In this document: one piece after another, positions 50,089 to 63,440 of the stretch
How the letters are laid out: each line of letters opens with the position of its first letter
Position numbering within the stretch: position 1 is the first letter of the stretch
Origin: Mytilus trossulus
Lineage: Eukaryota
DNA: 64,000 nt
Assembly (NCBI RefSeq): GCF_036588685.1
Contig: NC_086380.1
Coordinates: 27,590,001 to 27,654,000 of the forward strand
Direction of reading: 5' to 3'
The notes under the pieces: model-generated
What the model was told of the DNA's origin: nothing
The model's input: only the letters and a program-made list of their open reading frames with translations
Database searches by the model: none
Made by a program: the position numbers and the translations under genes

Positions 50089-51701
50089 ACTATAAACAAA
50101 TATTACGTTCAACGGTTGAGCTTGTGCAAAAATTGTGATGTTCAATTCAATTTTTCAAGAATTATTTGTGTCCCGTGTTATTTTTTTTACAGAGCAAACC
50201 AATGTGCCAGACAATTATTAGTAAAATAAACGTAAACTTTAAGATGTTTCGTTTTGATTAAGACTGCTATGTTTTACATTGCGGTGTGTTTAATTTATTA
50301 TCAGTTGGTTTATTGTCATTGAGATTTGTTTATTTGTTCGTGTCTTGTCTAGTTTGTTGAACAGATATTAGTTATTCAATAAAAATGTTAACCACAAAAA
50401 GAAACAAAATTTTGCCCGCCTCAATTTATTGAAAAAAGTTTTTATTCACCTATACGATCATCAGAAAACAAATATACTAAAAGAATATGATTGGTTTAAA
50501 GTAAAATGGGTATATACCACAAGTTAAATGGATGTTTAAGAAAGTGTGATTGAATCCAGATCCAAGTTATAACTCTTTCAACCTCAATAGGTCAATACAA
50601 GTCACAAGATTTTCTATAACTTTCAAGTTGAATGGAAAAAAAGTGAAATCAGAAAAATACTGACTATTCTTTTCGACCCTTTTCTGTATTTAACCAGATG
50701 TGAAGCATTGTGATTTGTTGGTATAACACCTACAATGTATATACATTCTTTAATTATATTACTGACTAAAAAACATAATTACAGATTCCCCATTTATGAT
50801 CAGCATGGTCATAAATTACACATTCAGAAAGTAGTAACAGTACATAAACTTAAGGGGATATTTTAATATAATTTTATATAAAAAAAAATGATCATGCTGA
50901 TCACCAATTGAGAAACTTTAAGTGTGTTGTTCTAGCCATATGTAGTTAGTTATACAAGTAAAGAATTTATACCAAATTATAGTGTGTCACATACGAAAAA
51001 CTTTAAAAAAAATATTCCATTGAAATGAAATTGTAGGAAAGTTAACATTTATGTCATTACTAAAACAAAATATGAGTCATCAAGAAACACATCGGATGTT
51101 TAAATGCACAATTTTATTTATTTATTTGTTATGACATGGTTACGTTCGCTTTTTAAACAGGTGAAAATCTGATCTGTTGACCTTCAATGATGGTTATTAT
51201 TTTATATGCATTAAATGTTAAGTAAATCAAACCTTTATGTTCATGAAATGCTGTGACCAGTGCATAAAAGATTATGACTTTATTCCTAGACCATGAAGAC
51301 AAATAAATAAAAAAATTAAACAATAAAACAAAAAATACAATGGACAAAATGTTAACAGGTTAAAAAAATCAAATTTAAATCTGTTTAAAATCTTATATCT
51401 ATAAAAAATTAATTATAATTCTAGTTTAAATACTCTTTTTGTTGTTTTTTTTTTGTTTTTTTTTTTTCTTCTTACCAGGAAACATAAGAATATCGTAATA
51501 CATGCAAGTATGCGACCGTGAATTGCGTCACAATTAATATAAATGTGGCCAACTATGCAAATACGATACTCAATATTTTTTAACAAGTATTTTATTGTTA
51601 TTTTCGGTGAAATATAAACGTCCTCGTATTCTATTTAAACAACACACGTAAGTGTAAATTCCAGGTTTCGATATAAAAAAAATCAACGGGAGAAATCAGA
51701 A

Positions 51702-51756
51702 ATGAATATTTTTAAACAAATATCAGTAATAATGTGTTTTTACTACAGCATAACAG
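51702..51756 (+). CDS. Nephrin-like Ig superfamily protein, exon 1 (signal peptide)
   Basis: MNIFKQISVIMCFYYSIT; consensus phase-1 donor CAG|GTAAGT; in frame with exon 2 (ENFTESA-DVVMYP). Confidence 0.6.
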
Positions 51757-52149
51757 GTAAGTGTGTGACATATACATCATCGGGTTTTTATATAATTATA
51801 GAATACGAAAAAAATTATCAAATCCTTATTTGAATTCGGTGAGTACAAAATGTAAATTTGAACATGCACCTCTCAATTTTTATAGTTCTACACTTCCCTA
51901 TTTTATATTATAAAAAAAGAACTACATGTAAAAATACAACTTTATACTTGCAATATCTACAATGTCTATTTTCATACTTATGCGATATAAATTTTAGACA
52001 AAAACTGTTTAGTGTTGTCATATGTCAGCTGTATATAGTACGAGGCTATAAAAAAAGGGGAAATGCTGTTCATGTATGATTAATAGGACACCCTATTGAA
52101 TAATACATATCTTTACTTTTCACATCAAATTAATCCTTGTTACTATATT

Positions 52150-52572
52150 ACAACCCCCGCCCCCGGATTACTGGGGAACAGAAATATGGTCACTTGGTCT
52201 TCTCCCGACCGGCAGTAAAACGCTTGCTGATGTGGGGCGTCCGTTTGGGTTGCGGGATGTATCAAGTTTGCAGTCACGTCCGGTCAGAATGTGGACGTTT
52301 AATCCGATGCCTCGTGCAACGCTCTTTGCATGTTAAGAATCCTTGCAACAACTCTTTGAGGGGTCTGTTGGTGGCCTGTTGCAAGACACAATTTCTGTCC
52401 CTATTCAATATAATCTCATTTTCCACTGGCAGTTCTAATTTCCCCGAACATCATCCTGAATGGCCTCTTTAACGACTAGACCTACCTATTGTATTTATTG
52501 TGAACTTGTTCTCGTCCTGAATATGCATGACATGTTTGCAACTGGACGTTTAGTAACTAGCAATCAATCAAT
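52150..52572 (+). mobile_element. SINE-like element with (CAAT)n tail
   Basis: GC-richer block with GGACGTTTAATCCGATGCCTCGTG core, ending GGACGTTTAG...CAATCAATCAAT. The resemblance to bivalve V-type SINEs is from memory. Confidence 0.5.
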
Positions 52573-54316
52573 GATGGCCAAAAAGATATATGTCTATGAT
52601 TGTTGATTATAGATGTTGTTAAAACGTTTTCTGTTTCATTGGTGTTTTTTTTTGTTTTGTAATTTGTACAACTTTATATGAAATTATTTAAAAATGAAAA
52701 AGACAAATGTTTCTATTGGTATTATATTCATGCGTCCAAAATCATATTTTATTGCCGCCAAAATAGTTTATGTAAAATTTTAAGTTTTTATTACTTTCTT
52801 AATTCTTAAATTGTATATCTTTCGTTGAAAGTTGAATATTTATGTTGTCACTTCATTCGTCAAAAATGAATTGTTCATATTTTATGATTGATTAAGGCAA
52901 TAATAGTATACCGCTGTTCAAAAGTCATGAATCGAATGAAATAAAAACAAATAAAGGTTCCACATTAAAACTGATAGCAACACATCAACTATAAAAGGAA
53001 TGCAACGGAACAAACAGACACACTGACAAACATAGAAACGATATAATTGATATTAACTGTGATATTCTTGACATGGTACAGGACATTAAATGAAAAAATG
53101 TAAGCATGACACGGGTTTCTGATTAGTTAACCTCTCGCTTATATGGCAATGTTAAAGACATATTGCGACGGGAAAACATCACAAACAAACAAAAGAACAT
53201 TTAGCACAGAAAAAAATACAATAAATAGCAAAATCATAATATACGTTACAATATGTTAATCACAAAATAACAACGATCATTTTCCTTTAACAACAGCTCA
53301 AGACACAGTGACGTCATTTTTGTGACGGATATATAATCTTCAATTTAACACAATTATTTTCACAACACTAGTCCATTCTAACGGCAAACACGCGATTAAC
53401 AACTATAGTTGATGTGAACCTTGTAATACATTCACAGGACTTCAAATATTTGAGTTGATTTAAAAAAAAAACATTTATAAGTAAGCAATGCCTGTTGTTT
53501 TCAAATTTTATGTATCCTTATTTGTGCTTCTTTGATAAATATTTGTTTCTTTTTTGTTCTGGTCGATATTGTCACACAGTGATGATTGCGGTATCCCTAT
53601 TTTAACGGTTTGACCTGTTGAGTCTGTTTTTGTCGCGCATCGTTTTAGATATGTCGGAGTTTGATGCAGCCTAAAACTAACGGCACTAATGGACACCGAA
53701 TTTCTATTAAATAGTTCAGATACAATTTCGAACGAAGAAAACATTAGTTTATTTCTTATGGTACAAAGGTTCATTATCAAAACTAAAAGGTTTACAAACT
53801 AATGACTCACACAATAAACCTGTAAGCATTTCGTCTTATCAGTTGCATTTTTTCTTTACTTTTCAGTTCATTATGTAACTCAACTGACAATATCAATATT
53901 CTTATTATGTAACAGAGCATGTAGTTTTGATTTATTTGTGTATAATGTATTTAATTTACCAAGGAAACATATTAATATAAGCAATTGTTGCTTGTTTCTG
54001 GATCCTTATTGTGTATGTGTTTATAATTTATACTTGTATTTACCATAATAAAAATATTGTTTACACTAAATTGGTGCAATTTAAATATAATTTTGTAAAG
54101 TAAATGACGTTTACATGTTTTATCAACAAATGAAATGCGCTCAGCTAAATAAATAATTTAGTTCATTTAATATTCATACTTTCTTATTAGTATCCTTCTT
54201 TATACAAACACAGGTACAAACAAATTAAAGAATTTTAAATAATATTTTTATGAAAGCACATTTAGATTTTCTCCAACACCCCAATATTCAGACATTTATT
54301 TTTATCTCAATTGCAG

Positions 54317-54694
54317 AAAATTTCACTGAAAGTGCTGATGTTGTTATGTACCCACCTTCACCAGCATACGCTGATCTCGGTCAACCTCTAACATTGATGT
54401 GCAAGACAAATATAACTGATCTATGGAAAAGTACTTCAATTTACGACGAAACAAATTCTAATGGAGTCCCTAATGTCTTATATTTTGAAAAAGCGGTTGA
54501 TGGTACATGCCGCATATCAATTTCAAATCCAAATGTATACAATACTACTTGTGATTTAGCTATCGGAGAATTTAATTTGACTTTACTGTCCGTAGAGCAA
54601 AAATACCATATGATGTTCATAAGATGTAGTGTAAAATTTTCCAACGGAGCATCAAAGGTATTTGAGAATGCAACCACAGTGATATCCATTATAG
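54317..54694 (+). CDS. Nephrin-like IgSF protein, exon 2 (Ig1, V-like)
   Basis: TTGCAG acceptor, G|GTCAGT donor; GQPLTLMC...FNLTL...IRCSV. Confidence 0.85.
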
Positions 54695-55488
54695 GTCAGT
54701 TTTTTTTACTGAGTTAAGTATTATCTATGTCTATCAACATTAAATCTTCTTTTTGAAGATTGGTTACTAGCTGAGAAAGAAAGGAAAGTGAGACATAAAG
54801 ATAGATTTTGTGTGCATGCAAGAGAGAGAGAGGGAGATAGAAAGAATGGATATTTTACATACAAATCTGTATTATTTAAGTCATCACTCTTTATATACAA
54901 TTTAACATATATTGTAGAAAAAAATGGTATAATTGTACCCTTTGATAAACTGTAATTGATACATTTGTTATCCATTACATTTGAAGAGGTGTCTTAGCCA
55001 TGTGATATTACTTTCGTTATCAACTGCTCCCGGGTATTATCACATGTTTTTTTTTTCTGGAGCGTAATGATATTTTGACGTTATGTCTCGGGAAACTTTG
55101 TTACATACACTTCAATTGACGTTTGGAGGGGGAAAACTAGTAAAGAAGGATTAATAAAAACGATATAAAGAGACAGGAAAATATTATTAAAAAAAGGACA
55201 AAACAAATATTCCAATAAATATATATTTTTTAAATCTTGAAAAAGGTTCACATGTTTATATCTTTTGGTTCAAACAAATTATGTTGATTATTAATTATAA
55301 AAGTACATTCTATATATACATTCACAAAATGGATTCAGAAACAAGTGCTTATATGTTAATCTATCATCTGCCTTTTGTCAAGTTCACATCATAATTCAGA
55401 TTTGTCAGGATGATAAGTATTATTTATCTCATCAGGCAGTTTATTTCATTCAAAGCTACTACAAATCAATTGAAAGTGTCTTTTTCAG

Positions 55489-55779
55489 AGGTTCCGTCGT
55501 CTAATACAATTCTTATCACGGCGAATCCTACAGGACCAATTAATTCTGGAGATACATTACATGTGACTTGCTCTTTATCTGGTGGGAATCCATTAGCAAT
55601 TCTTACTTGGAATTGTAGTGGGACTGCTATCAACAAATCTTCAGAAAAATCCGCTTTTCTGGATATCGCATTAACAGTTGGACAACAGGACGATGGAACA
55701 ATCTGTACATGTTTTGCCAGCCATCGTATTGCGTCGTACAACGCTACAGCGGAAAAGGTTATTAGCCTAAAAGTGTATT
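55489..55779 (+). CDS. Nephrin-like IgSF protein, exon 3 (Ig2)
   Basis: GDTLHVTCSLSGGNPLAILTWNC...DDGTICTCFA; phase 1-1. Confidence 0.9.
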
Positions 55780-56526
55780 GTAAGTTAATTAAACAGAAAT
55801 TGAACAGTTTGACTATGGCTTAATCCTTTACCCTTCTTAATTTGAATAGTTAAACCAAATTAAGCATTGAAAAAAGCACTTTTGATCTGATTGAATACAG
55901 GAAGAAATATCGATTTACTCTACAATTTGACTACCTGTCTACACCAAAATTTGAATATACATGACAGAGTTTACTGTTTTCAATCAGCATACATTGTACT
56001 TTACAGTCTAATTCTATAAAAATTAAAAGAAGATATGGGATATTATTTAAAAATGAGACATCAATTAAGCGATGACAAAAACGACAAAAACATTTTCACA
56101 GCTAATATAAGGTTTCGACACATGTTCGTATATGTTCATACTTCGTAAAAGGGTTGATGTATCCCCATGTCAAAAGTGTTTAATCCTCCTTTACTTATTG
56201 GAGATCATGTGTTGTTCATCAGTAGTTTTCGTTTCTGTATATCGATGTTCTGGGAAAAGTTGAGTTCTGATGGTTGGTGAAGTCAGTCGTGCTATCTAAT
56301 ATGTAACGCCGTTCTATTGTTTTTAATTTTATATACAATTCCACAATAGAAAGGTTCTATACAAATGTTAAGGCTCGTAATTGTTCCTCGTCTAATTATA
56401 TAATAAATTGAGCGACTCTTTTGGATTGTTTAAAGCATCACAAACATGTACAATATAATATATTTGATCAACATAAAATATGAATTAACATATGCATGTT
56501 TGTCTGAAAACAAATATATATTCTAG

Positions 56527-56811
56527 TTCATCCCGAGGTTACACCGACAATTACACAAGTTCCAGAGGGAAATATCGATACTGGAGACCTTGTTCTTCTG
56601 AATTGTACTCTGAACGGAGGAAACCCTGTTGTCACTTTATCATGGAACTGTAGTGGTAACAATCACGTGACAATTTCAGGGAACACCGTAGTTAATACAA
56701 TTGAATTCAATGTTAACAGCTCTTACCATAATACAGTATGTACTTGTCTAGCGTCACAAGATACAATCGATAGTTATTCTGATAGTGCCAGTCATATGTT
56801 GAACGTTATCT
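56527..56811 (+). CDS. Nephrin-like IgSF protein, exon 4 (Ig3)
   Basis: GDLVLLNCTLNGGNPVVTLSWNC...HNTVCTCLA; phase 1-1. Confidence 0.9.
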
Positions 56812-57471
56812 GTGAGTATAATATACATAATAAATCGTTCCTACATTATTAAAAAGATTATTTTAATGCACAGTAAACCTATTGCAAATTCGGTAAAACA
56901 AACCTGTTTTAGAACCTTAATTATACGAAAGTAAAACTCCGCAAGGAGATATATTACACATGTAGAAAATCTTTGAAATAAACAGGAAGAATATTATCGG
57001 TAAAAATACATCCGCTAAACTGGGGAAAATGTGCTTTATTTAAATGAAAAATCTTTAAATAACATTATTGACCGTAACATCTTCCTGTTAACCTTTTTGA
57101 ATAGTTTTCATAAGTATGTAGTTCACTGATGCAAACATGTATTTTTCTGGAGATCAGGAAAACGCACTCTAATTTTTGAGGATGAATTCGCACTTCAGAT
57201 ACTTCAATTTTTTTATTTTTTTTTAGGAAAAGAAAAACCGCAATAAAACTCTATTCTTGACAAATGAGAATCACTAAAGATTAAAACAATGCTTTGCTTT
57301 TTTTCATTGGCAGGCTATGCGTCTCATGATACTAATTGCTTTACCATCAAACCTATCCATTCTAATTCGAAATGTCAAAACATGGTTATTGAAAACAATC
57401 GGTAAATATATAAATCAAAACTTATCACCAGATAACATGATTATTTTTCAACGCGTCAATTTTTTTTTAAG

Positions 57472-57753
57472 ATCCACCAGAAAGTAATCCTACAATACAT
57501 CAAGCGACACCTGGTCCAGTTGATTCAGGGAGCTCCGTATCACTGATCTACTCACTTTCCGGAGGCAATCCCTTGGCTTCCCTTACCTGGGATTGTAAAG
57601 GGATTACACAAAATTCATCTTCTAACACTAAAACGGAGTATATTGTCACATTCACAGTCAACAAAACCTTTAATGGAAGAGTTTGCACCTGCTTTGCTAC
57701 ACATCCTATTGATTCGTACAGACCGAATGTACAACATCAGTTGGCTGTGTATT
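57472..57753 (+). CDS. Nephrin-like IgSF protein, exon 5 (Ig4)
   Basis: GSSVSLIYSLSGGNPLASLTWDC...FNGRVCTCFA; phase 1-1. Confidence 0.9.
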
Positions 57754-58014
57754 GTAAGTAAAGAAACCTTATATAAATATTATTTGAGTGTAATTATTTC
57801 ATTTTATAATTTATGTCATGTATCCTGCTGACTTAATGGTCTAAAAATCCATCTGAGTATTTTGTCAATTTCTAGATGAAAGTCAATTATAAATTAGACC
57901 AAGGTGTATGTGTTGTATTTTTTGTCTTAACATCGATGAGATAGATGCGACCATCATATTAACTTAACTAATTATTAAGTGAGAAAACAAATAAAGTTGA
58001 GGAATACTGATAAG

Positions 58015-58430
58015 CTTCTTATTTGTCTTCATACGAAGTTCTTGTATGAAGTCAATCTCATATGAATTAATAAAAGAAAAGGGTCACAGTCGGTACCCAT
58101 TGGAATGTCCATTGTTTTCTGAAAAACACGTCCTCCAAAGTTAACGTAACACAAAAGAATGTTGTCAATTAAGTAATCGATCATCTTGATAATGTCAGTT
58201 TTAGAGTTATTTTTTGTTTAAGGCAGCAAAGTAAGATTTATCGCTCCCATAGACATGATACTTGTATCTTTGTTGGTCCTTCTTATTTATTATTCAAGCA
58301 TGACCAACTCTTTGGATATGTCTTTAGGTTTGGAAATTGGAATTCCTGTGTAAAGTGTATAAAAGTCAAATGTTGTAATACTATTGCAAGAAGAAAAAGT
58401 ATTGTGTTATATGTAGTTTAAAATATTTTT
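58015..58430 (-). mobile_element. Penelope-like RT fragment in an intron
   Basis: Minus strand TFDFYTLYTGIP ... DIIKMIDYLIDNI ... FGGRVFQ...IPMGT; homologous to 3023-3186. Confidence 0.65.
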
Positions 58431-59011
58431 ATTTTATAGTATCAATACCTTAATTAGTCAAGCAACCTCTAGTAACGGTTCTAAATAATTTGTACTAATT
58501 TAATACCTATTTTGATAACATACATCTACCAGCCCTTTAACTCTCTTACCCAGACTGTGCACACCGAAAGACTAGATTTGTTACCCCCGCCAGTAGGGGA
58601 AACCGATTTTTGGAATGACCCGAATCACTAAGGTTACAAATTTATCCCTGTTTACACTTTACTCTGTTTTCAATTATTTATTTAAGAGATTTGTTAAATC
58701 GTTTCCACCTGTTGTTATTATAAGAAAAAGAACAAACAATCATATTCTGATAAATGCATAAAACATGCTGTACGAAAACTACAGATAACAATAAGTGATT
58801 CACGCCAGTGAATTATCGATCTTGAAGTATTCAACTAAATAATGGTATTTTTAAAAGAACAAAAATGAAATACAAACAGATGATCACATGAATTATTTTC
58901 GCGTTGTTTTAGTGGCATGATGTCGTATCTCCAAAATGACCTACTTTTCGAAACAATTAGCAAACTACACTTTACTCCATTTTCTTTTATTTTCACTATT
59001 GTCTTTTCCAG

Positions 59012-59290
59012 ATGCGCCTGGTGAACCAGCTTTACGTTTAGGAGAAGAATTTCCGTGGTTTGAAGGGAACACAGTAATAGTTAATTGTTTAGCTGATGTT
59101 GGGAACCCGGAGCCAGTTTACAAATGGATGATAGGCAAACAGACACAGATGCAAAACAATTCCCGTCTACAAATCGAACCACTGTCTAAGACACACAATG
59201 ACCAGGAAATTAAGTGCTCTGTCAATAACGATTTCACGTTAAGAAACAACATCATATTGCAACCAGCATTTTTGAAACTTAACGTTGAAT
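59012..59290 (+). CDS. Nephrin-like IgSF protein, exon 6 (Ig5)
   Basis: EGNTVIVNCLADVGNPEPVYKW...HNDQEIKCSVNN; phase 1-1. Confidence 0.9.
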
Positions 59291-59612
59291 GTAAGTAGAA
59301 CCATTGTGTATCACGGTCTTTACAGTTTCTGGAGTCTGGAGTATTCAACAAAAAATACAGACAACACTACCAACAGTACTCTATACATAGTTCTTAGAGT
59401 TTTGTTATATGAACAAAAAACTTTAGACCAGTTAAATTCAATACTGACTTTCAAGTCATGATCAAGCATGATATCCGCGAAGTTTCATTGTAAATGTTGC
59501 TCTCGTCTTCTGAAACTATTTAATTGTAATAACAAGTAAAATGCCTTTCAATCCTTTATTTTGCTCATTAAACAACTCATCACACGCAACAAACATATCA
59601 CAATAATTGTAG

Positions 59613-59888
59613 ATTATCCGGAGATTGAATTCGACAGGTTTCCAGTATATGTAGTCGAAGGCGAAAATACAACAATTATCTGTAACACACGTGGCAATCC
59701 GATACCATATGCTCAATGGGTTATAAATGGTATAGAAATGACCCAGCTACAGCAAAACCAGTCGGTATTATATCTAACCGATATCGATCGACTGGATCAG
59801 AAAAGAAATTATTCTTGCAAAGCCACGTCCAACAGTATAAAATATGACATATTGACATCAAAAAGAGATTTGAGTATAGTTGTGTTCT
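59613..59888 (+). CDS. Nephrin-like IgSF protein, exon 7 (Ig6)
   Basis: EGENTTIICNTRGNPIPYAQW...RNYSCKAT; phase 1-1. Confidence 0.9.
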
Positions 59889-60727
59889 GTGAGTATGCAA
59901 TATATTTTTGTTAATTATTACAATAGGTTTACTTTGAATTACCGGGTGTGAAATATGTGCTGAATATCTCGTATGCAATGTGTATATGGATATGGTGAAA
60001 ATGAATGTATTTGTCGATCGTAAGAGCTTACCATTATTGTGGTTTGGTTATGTAATATTACCTCTTGAAACAAAGTTCTGGATTTTTAATTGATTCGACA
60101 AATTCAAATATTAAATAATGATTCGACCACATTACATTAGCATAAATTTAAAAATAAAAATAAACCAACGAGCACCATCTTTTTTGTTTCTTTAGTCTAC
60201 AGGTTACTGTTTGATGGTCTACGTGAAGCAACGATTTTCACCTCAAAAATTAAAATCCTCAAGCATTTATTAGCTGACTTCTTTACTATATGGCAACTAT
60301 TTCAGATCTGTGAGTTGAAAATTCAAATTAGCAAAACCATTAATTTGTATTCATTGCAAGACCTTTGAATATATATTTACTTAATTTTGGCAATTGGTTA
60401 TGGTTATTTGTTCTAAAAAATGTACGCATACAATCAAAATTAAATTGGTCAAAAGAAGATTAAAGCCCTACACATTTGAAAAATAAGATTGGTTATGATT
60501 GCTAACGAGACAAATATTCATCAGAGTAAAAATCGAACTCACGACAGACCCTCTCACACTTGTATTCCATAACTATTCAATATAACGACGTTCAAGAAAC
60601 CTGCACGAAACATGGTTTTTACGGGGTTTTTATTATTAAACTATGACAATGTATAAGTCAGACTTTGCAACAATCGACCAGTAAAACAGTTTATACAGTA
60701 GAAACAAGCAGTTGTGCAATTTTTCAG

Positions 60728-61018
60728 ATAACACCAGTGTAACTGAAGTGGATATTTTAAATGGTTTAACATTTCCTGAAAATGTAACAGCTATATTGCG
60801 ATGTCAGGTAACTGGAAATCCACTACCGAATGTTACTTGGTATTTCATATCAGATGAAACAAAACAAATTCTGCAGAGAGAAGACCGGATTGTCGTAAGC
60901 AGTTATATTATTAACACAACTAGTTGTCTGCATACAGGAACATACGAATGTGCAACTGAAAATACAGTAAATGGATTGAAAATAACCGATAGTAAACAGA
61001 CTGACCTGAAAGTTACTT
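60728..61018 (+). CDS. Nephrin-like IgSF protein, exon 8 (Ig7)
   Basis: ILRCQVTGNPLPNVTW...HTGTYECATEN; phase 1-1. Confidence 0.9.
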
Positions 61019-62528
61019 GTAAGTACATTAAGACTTTAATGTTATACTTAATATGGTATCCGGTGACACACATAATTTAAGATACTATATATTTATAGTA
61101 AAAAAATAAAAAAAATGTGGATTATTTTACAGTTATCCTTCATTGATGATTTCATTCAGACAAGTATTTGACATCCTAAATTTTACGTTAAAATTGTACT
61201 TAACGCGCGGAAATCACTATGTGATCTGTGTTAACTCATCGAACCTTTAAACAAACTTATAAGTAAGGGTTATCGTACCAAAGCGGGATGTATAGAGACA
61301 CACTCAACGTTATTGTTATCTCTAAAGAAGTCACTCCTCATTATCCTACTACCAGTCGATACATTTATTGTTGGCATTGCACAAGTCATGTCTTCTCTGA
61401 CTGATCATGACGTTTAAATACTAAATCCCTGGGATGTGTTTTAGTTGATTTAAGTCTCTGATGAATGATTTTTTATCATTATTGTTTTGACTTTTAACTA
61501 GCTGTCAGTAACTGCGAGTACTCTCAAATCGTACTTTCTTGTTAATTAGACCTGTTGATACTATTTGTTTTGTTTTTTTCTTATATGATATTAATATGGA
61601 TCTTGTCTATATACACCAGCTTTGATTATTTTTAGTATCTACTAATTTTCACTTCTTCGTTCTAAGAACATAAAAATTATCCTCCTTAAATCTGTATCTA
61701 GCTCTAATTGTATAGATTTAGTGTTGATATTCACTCCATATGTCTTGTATCAAGTGTTAAATTATGTTATTTATATTACAGGACTTTCTTTGTAGTCCTT
61801 ATTGGGTTGTATATACACAGAAGTAGTATACATAAATGACAAAGTTATTTTTCATTTACCTGTATATATCATGTATATTATAAAGCCATTTTTTTCAAAA
61901 GTGGTGATATTCTATGGGTAGGTTAATATTTCGCGGTGGTGTCTTGTCATGGCTTTGTTTGGACAGGTGTGTTTGCTTTTGGCCTTGAATGTGTGTCCCT
62001 AATAATTCTATTAACTATGCATTTGCTTTCAGGTATCGCAGATCAAATTTATGCGTTCATAGTGTGTTAATTAAGTCTTCCAATTGTTGTAATGTTATAC
62101 TATTGTTGTAGAAAAAGAGAGAAGGTGTTGTATCATTAACAAGTCTAATCCCGCTGCAAATGTTTGCACCGGTCCTAAGTAAGGAATCTGATGTACATTA
62201 GTTATCGTTTGTTTATGTAATTTATACATGTTTCTCGGTTCACGTTTTTTTTATATAGATTAGACCGTTTGTTTTCCTGTTTGGATTGCACGTACCGGTC
62301 TTACACTAGTAGTTTTTGGCCCCGTTATAGCTTGTTGTTCGGTGTGATAAAAGGCTTCGTGATTCAGACTGTATATTGATCTATAATGGTTTACTTTAAT
62401 AGATTGTTATTTGAACGGAGAGTTGTCTCATTGGCACTCATACCACATCTTCCTATATCTTAGTAGTAGAAATTGAATATTTTATAACACGTTATATAAG
62501 CAAAAATGTTATGCTGATTTTATTTCAG

Positions 62529-62813
62529 GTTCGCCACGTTTAGATAATCGGTACAGAGAAATTCCAGCAACAGTTACCACTGAAATTGGCAATGATTTGA
62601 ATCTAACCGTATTTCTTGTTGCTAATCCACCACCCAGTATTCGTTGGGTCTTTGGCAAAACCATTAGCTCAACAAACGTCACACGGACAGTCAGCGCTTT
62701 CACTTCGACCATGTACATTTCAAATATCAAAAGCTCGGATTTTGGCATATATACAATGCACGCCAATAATGCCAATGGGGATTTATTCATTCAGGTATCC
62801 GTGATCGAAAAAG
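62529..62813 (+). CDS. Nephrin-like IgSF protein, exon 9 (Ig8, no core disulfide)
   Basis: LNLTVFLVANPPPSIRW...DFGIYTMHANN; phase 1-1. Confidence 0.88.
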
Positions 62814-63140
62814 GTAACACCATTTATTCATGTTGCAATAGATCTTCCAATATACTCTATGTTCCTTTCATTTTTCAATGTATGTGGGTTTTATTTTTTT
62901 ATTTTTATTCGGCAAGCAAAAAAAGAAAACTATTGACAAAACTAATTGTAATGTGGGTTTCTGTACATATTAATCAAAGAAAATATGTGAAATGATTGCA
63001 AATAAAACAAGCGAGAAAAACAGTTAATTCAAATTAATCAAAATTGGTTTATATAGAATAGTCTTGTATACAAAAATGTCTTAAACATGTCTAGGTTATT
63101 TGTTATATTTTGGATATAATTTGTTTTATTCATGTTTAAG

Positions 63141-63440
63141 GAATTCCAACACCGCCTGTACATATTAATATTATTTGTAAGACAAAGTCTCTACACGTGT
63201 TATGGGTGTCTGAATTCAATGGAGGACGGGAACAAACATTCTTTGTTGAGTATTGGATATCATTACAGCTAAACAACAAATCTAGATCGGGAGCAGTAAT
63301 GGATTTAGGTGAATCAACGACTATCAAATATGACGTTAAAGGATTATTGCCAAGAACAAATTACAGCGTTCGCATCTTAGCATCGAATGCAAATGGTATA
63401 TCTGTATCAGAAAAGGTTGAGTGCATAACTGATTTGGAAA
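63141..63440 (+). CDS. Nephrin-like IgSF protein, exon 10 (fibronectin type III); gene continues beyond the window
   Basis: PTPP...LHVLWVSEFNGGREQTFFVEYW...VKGLLPRTNYSVRILASNANG; donor A|GTAAGT. Confidence 0.9.
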
